A DNA stretch of 64,000 bases, from positions 146,303,929-146,367,928 of the forward strand of contig NC_068981.1 of assembly GCF_001194135.2 (NCBI RefSeq), read 5' to 3'. Each line of letters opens with the position of its first letter. Position 1 is the stretch's first letter. Below are positions 62,972-64,000 of the stretch, in pieces. The translations under genes and the position numbers were made by a program. The DNA comes from Octopus bimaculoides. Taxonomy: Eukaryota. Below the pieces are notes generated by a model that searched no databases, was not told where the DNA came from, and saw only the letters and a list, made by a program, of their open reading frames with translations.

Positions 62972-63200
62972 GCGGCGACCTGGCAGAAACGTTAGCACAG
63001 CGGCCGAAATGCTTAGCAGTTTTTCGTCTGTCTTTACGTTCTGAGTTCAAATTTTTCCAAGGTTGACTTTGCCTTTCATCCTTTCGGGGTCGATAAATTA
63101 AGTACCAGTTACGCACTGGGGTCGATGTAATCGACTTAATCTCTTTGTCTGTCTTTGTTTGTCCCCTCTATGTTTAGTCCCTTATGGGCAATAAAGAAAT
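62972..63200 (+). mobile_element. SINE family C with an alternative 3' tail
   Basis: gcggcgacctggcagaaacgttagcac..gactttgcctttcatcctttcggggtcgataaattaagtaccagttacgcactggggtcgatgtaatcgac. Confidence 0.9.
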
Positions 63201-63685
63201 AAGACTGTAAAACTCATCGGTACTGCATCTCCTGTAACCTGAAGATTTCCAAAAAATATTTCTCTAAGCCCCGTATTTATTTTATAATTTGTAATTTTTT
63301 TAATGTTGATTCTACTCACATTTTCCTTTATTCTCCTACATTATTTTCATACATCTTTATCATCTCAGCCATTTTACATCAACTTTTCTGGCATATTTTA
63401 TTTGCTCTTCTATTCTTTCCTTACGGGTAAATGCTGTAAAAAAGACCCCAGCAAAATAGTAAGTTTATAACTTCACTCGGATTCTGGTTTCATGTTTTTC
63501 TTCTTATAAATTATAAGGAATATGACTGATACCATATCGCACCACTATAAAACCCTAAGGCAAAAATACTTGCGTTATGGGAAACTATTTCTGTATATAA
63601 TCCTTACACTACCGTTACTGTATACCGGGAAATCAGTATGCTCTCCTGTTTGTTGAACTATTTCCTCATCGTGTATGCGACGTTA

Positions 63686-63730
63686 ACATAACGTTTCGTT
63701 CGGTGTAATTTCCAGTCATCTTCAAGTGAT
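63686..63730 (-). ncRNA. Degenerate hammerhead-like relic
   Basis: Minus: UUGAAGA-U-GACUGG..CCGAAC-GAAACGUU; core recognisable, helices I and II poor. Confidence 0.25.
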
Positions 63731-63954
63731 ATTTCCGAGCTTGGCCGGGCATTGAACTGCAACTTTATTTTACTAACTATGTCTGATACTATGGAAACCG
63801 ACTAATAATGTTGGTTATCATTAGATTTAATTATGAATTTTCACATTTTGGTACGTCTAGTTTGTACCGATAAATTTTTATATATCTCTAAAATACATTG
63901 AAGAAGAATAAACTCCCCGAAAAGTATACATCATTGATATCTTAAAACAAAACA

Positions 63955-64000
<46 letters not shown>

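Overview
AT-rich, repeat-saturated eukaryotic (animal) DNA from a gappy short-read assembly: 19 N-runs totalling about 7.5 kb, almost all flanked by microsatellites. The repeat families look like those of octopus/coleoid cephalopod genomes (recognised from memory, not verified). No intact host protein-coding exon, tRNA, rRNA or CRISPR array can be supported, so the window reads as a large intron or intergenic desert, and nearly all long ORFs in the track are microsatellite or N-gap artefacts. What can be supported is a layered mobile-element record. (1) At least five SINE-type families (local labels A-E, more than 35 copies), including a dense cluster at 26.5-29.9 kb. (2) A near-complete decayed mariner with a nested SINE, a second mariner fragment, and mariner-, hAT- and piggyBac-type MITEs. 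(3) Several restriction-like-endonuclease (R4/Dong-type) LINE 3' ends sitting in (AAT)n tracts, plus an RTE-like 3' end. (4) Two decayed Helitron Rep/helicase remnants invisible in the ORF track, and a Helentron-type HINE. (5) A 166-bp solo LTR with a 5-bp TSD. (6) Two long fold-back elements. The most interesting signal is a set of minimal type-I hammerhead-ribozyme-like motifs from at least three different repeat families: a canonical core, a G3-C8 compensated core, and an A6-variant core in three copies. This pattern is expected of Penelope-like or retrozyme-type non-autonomous retroelements. Their activity is untested inference.
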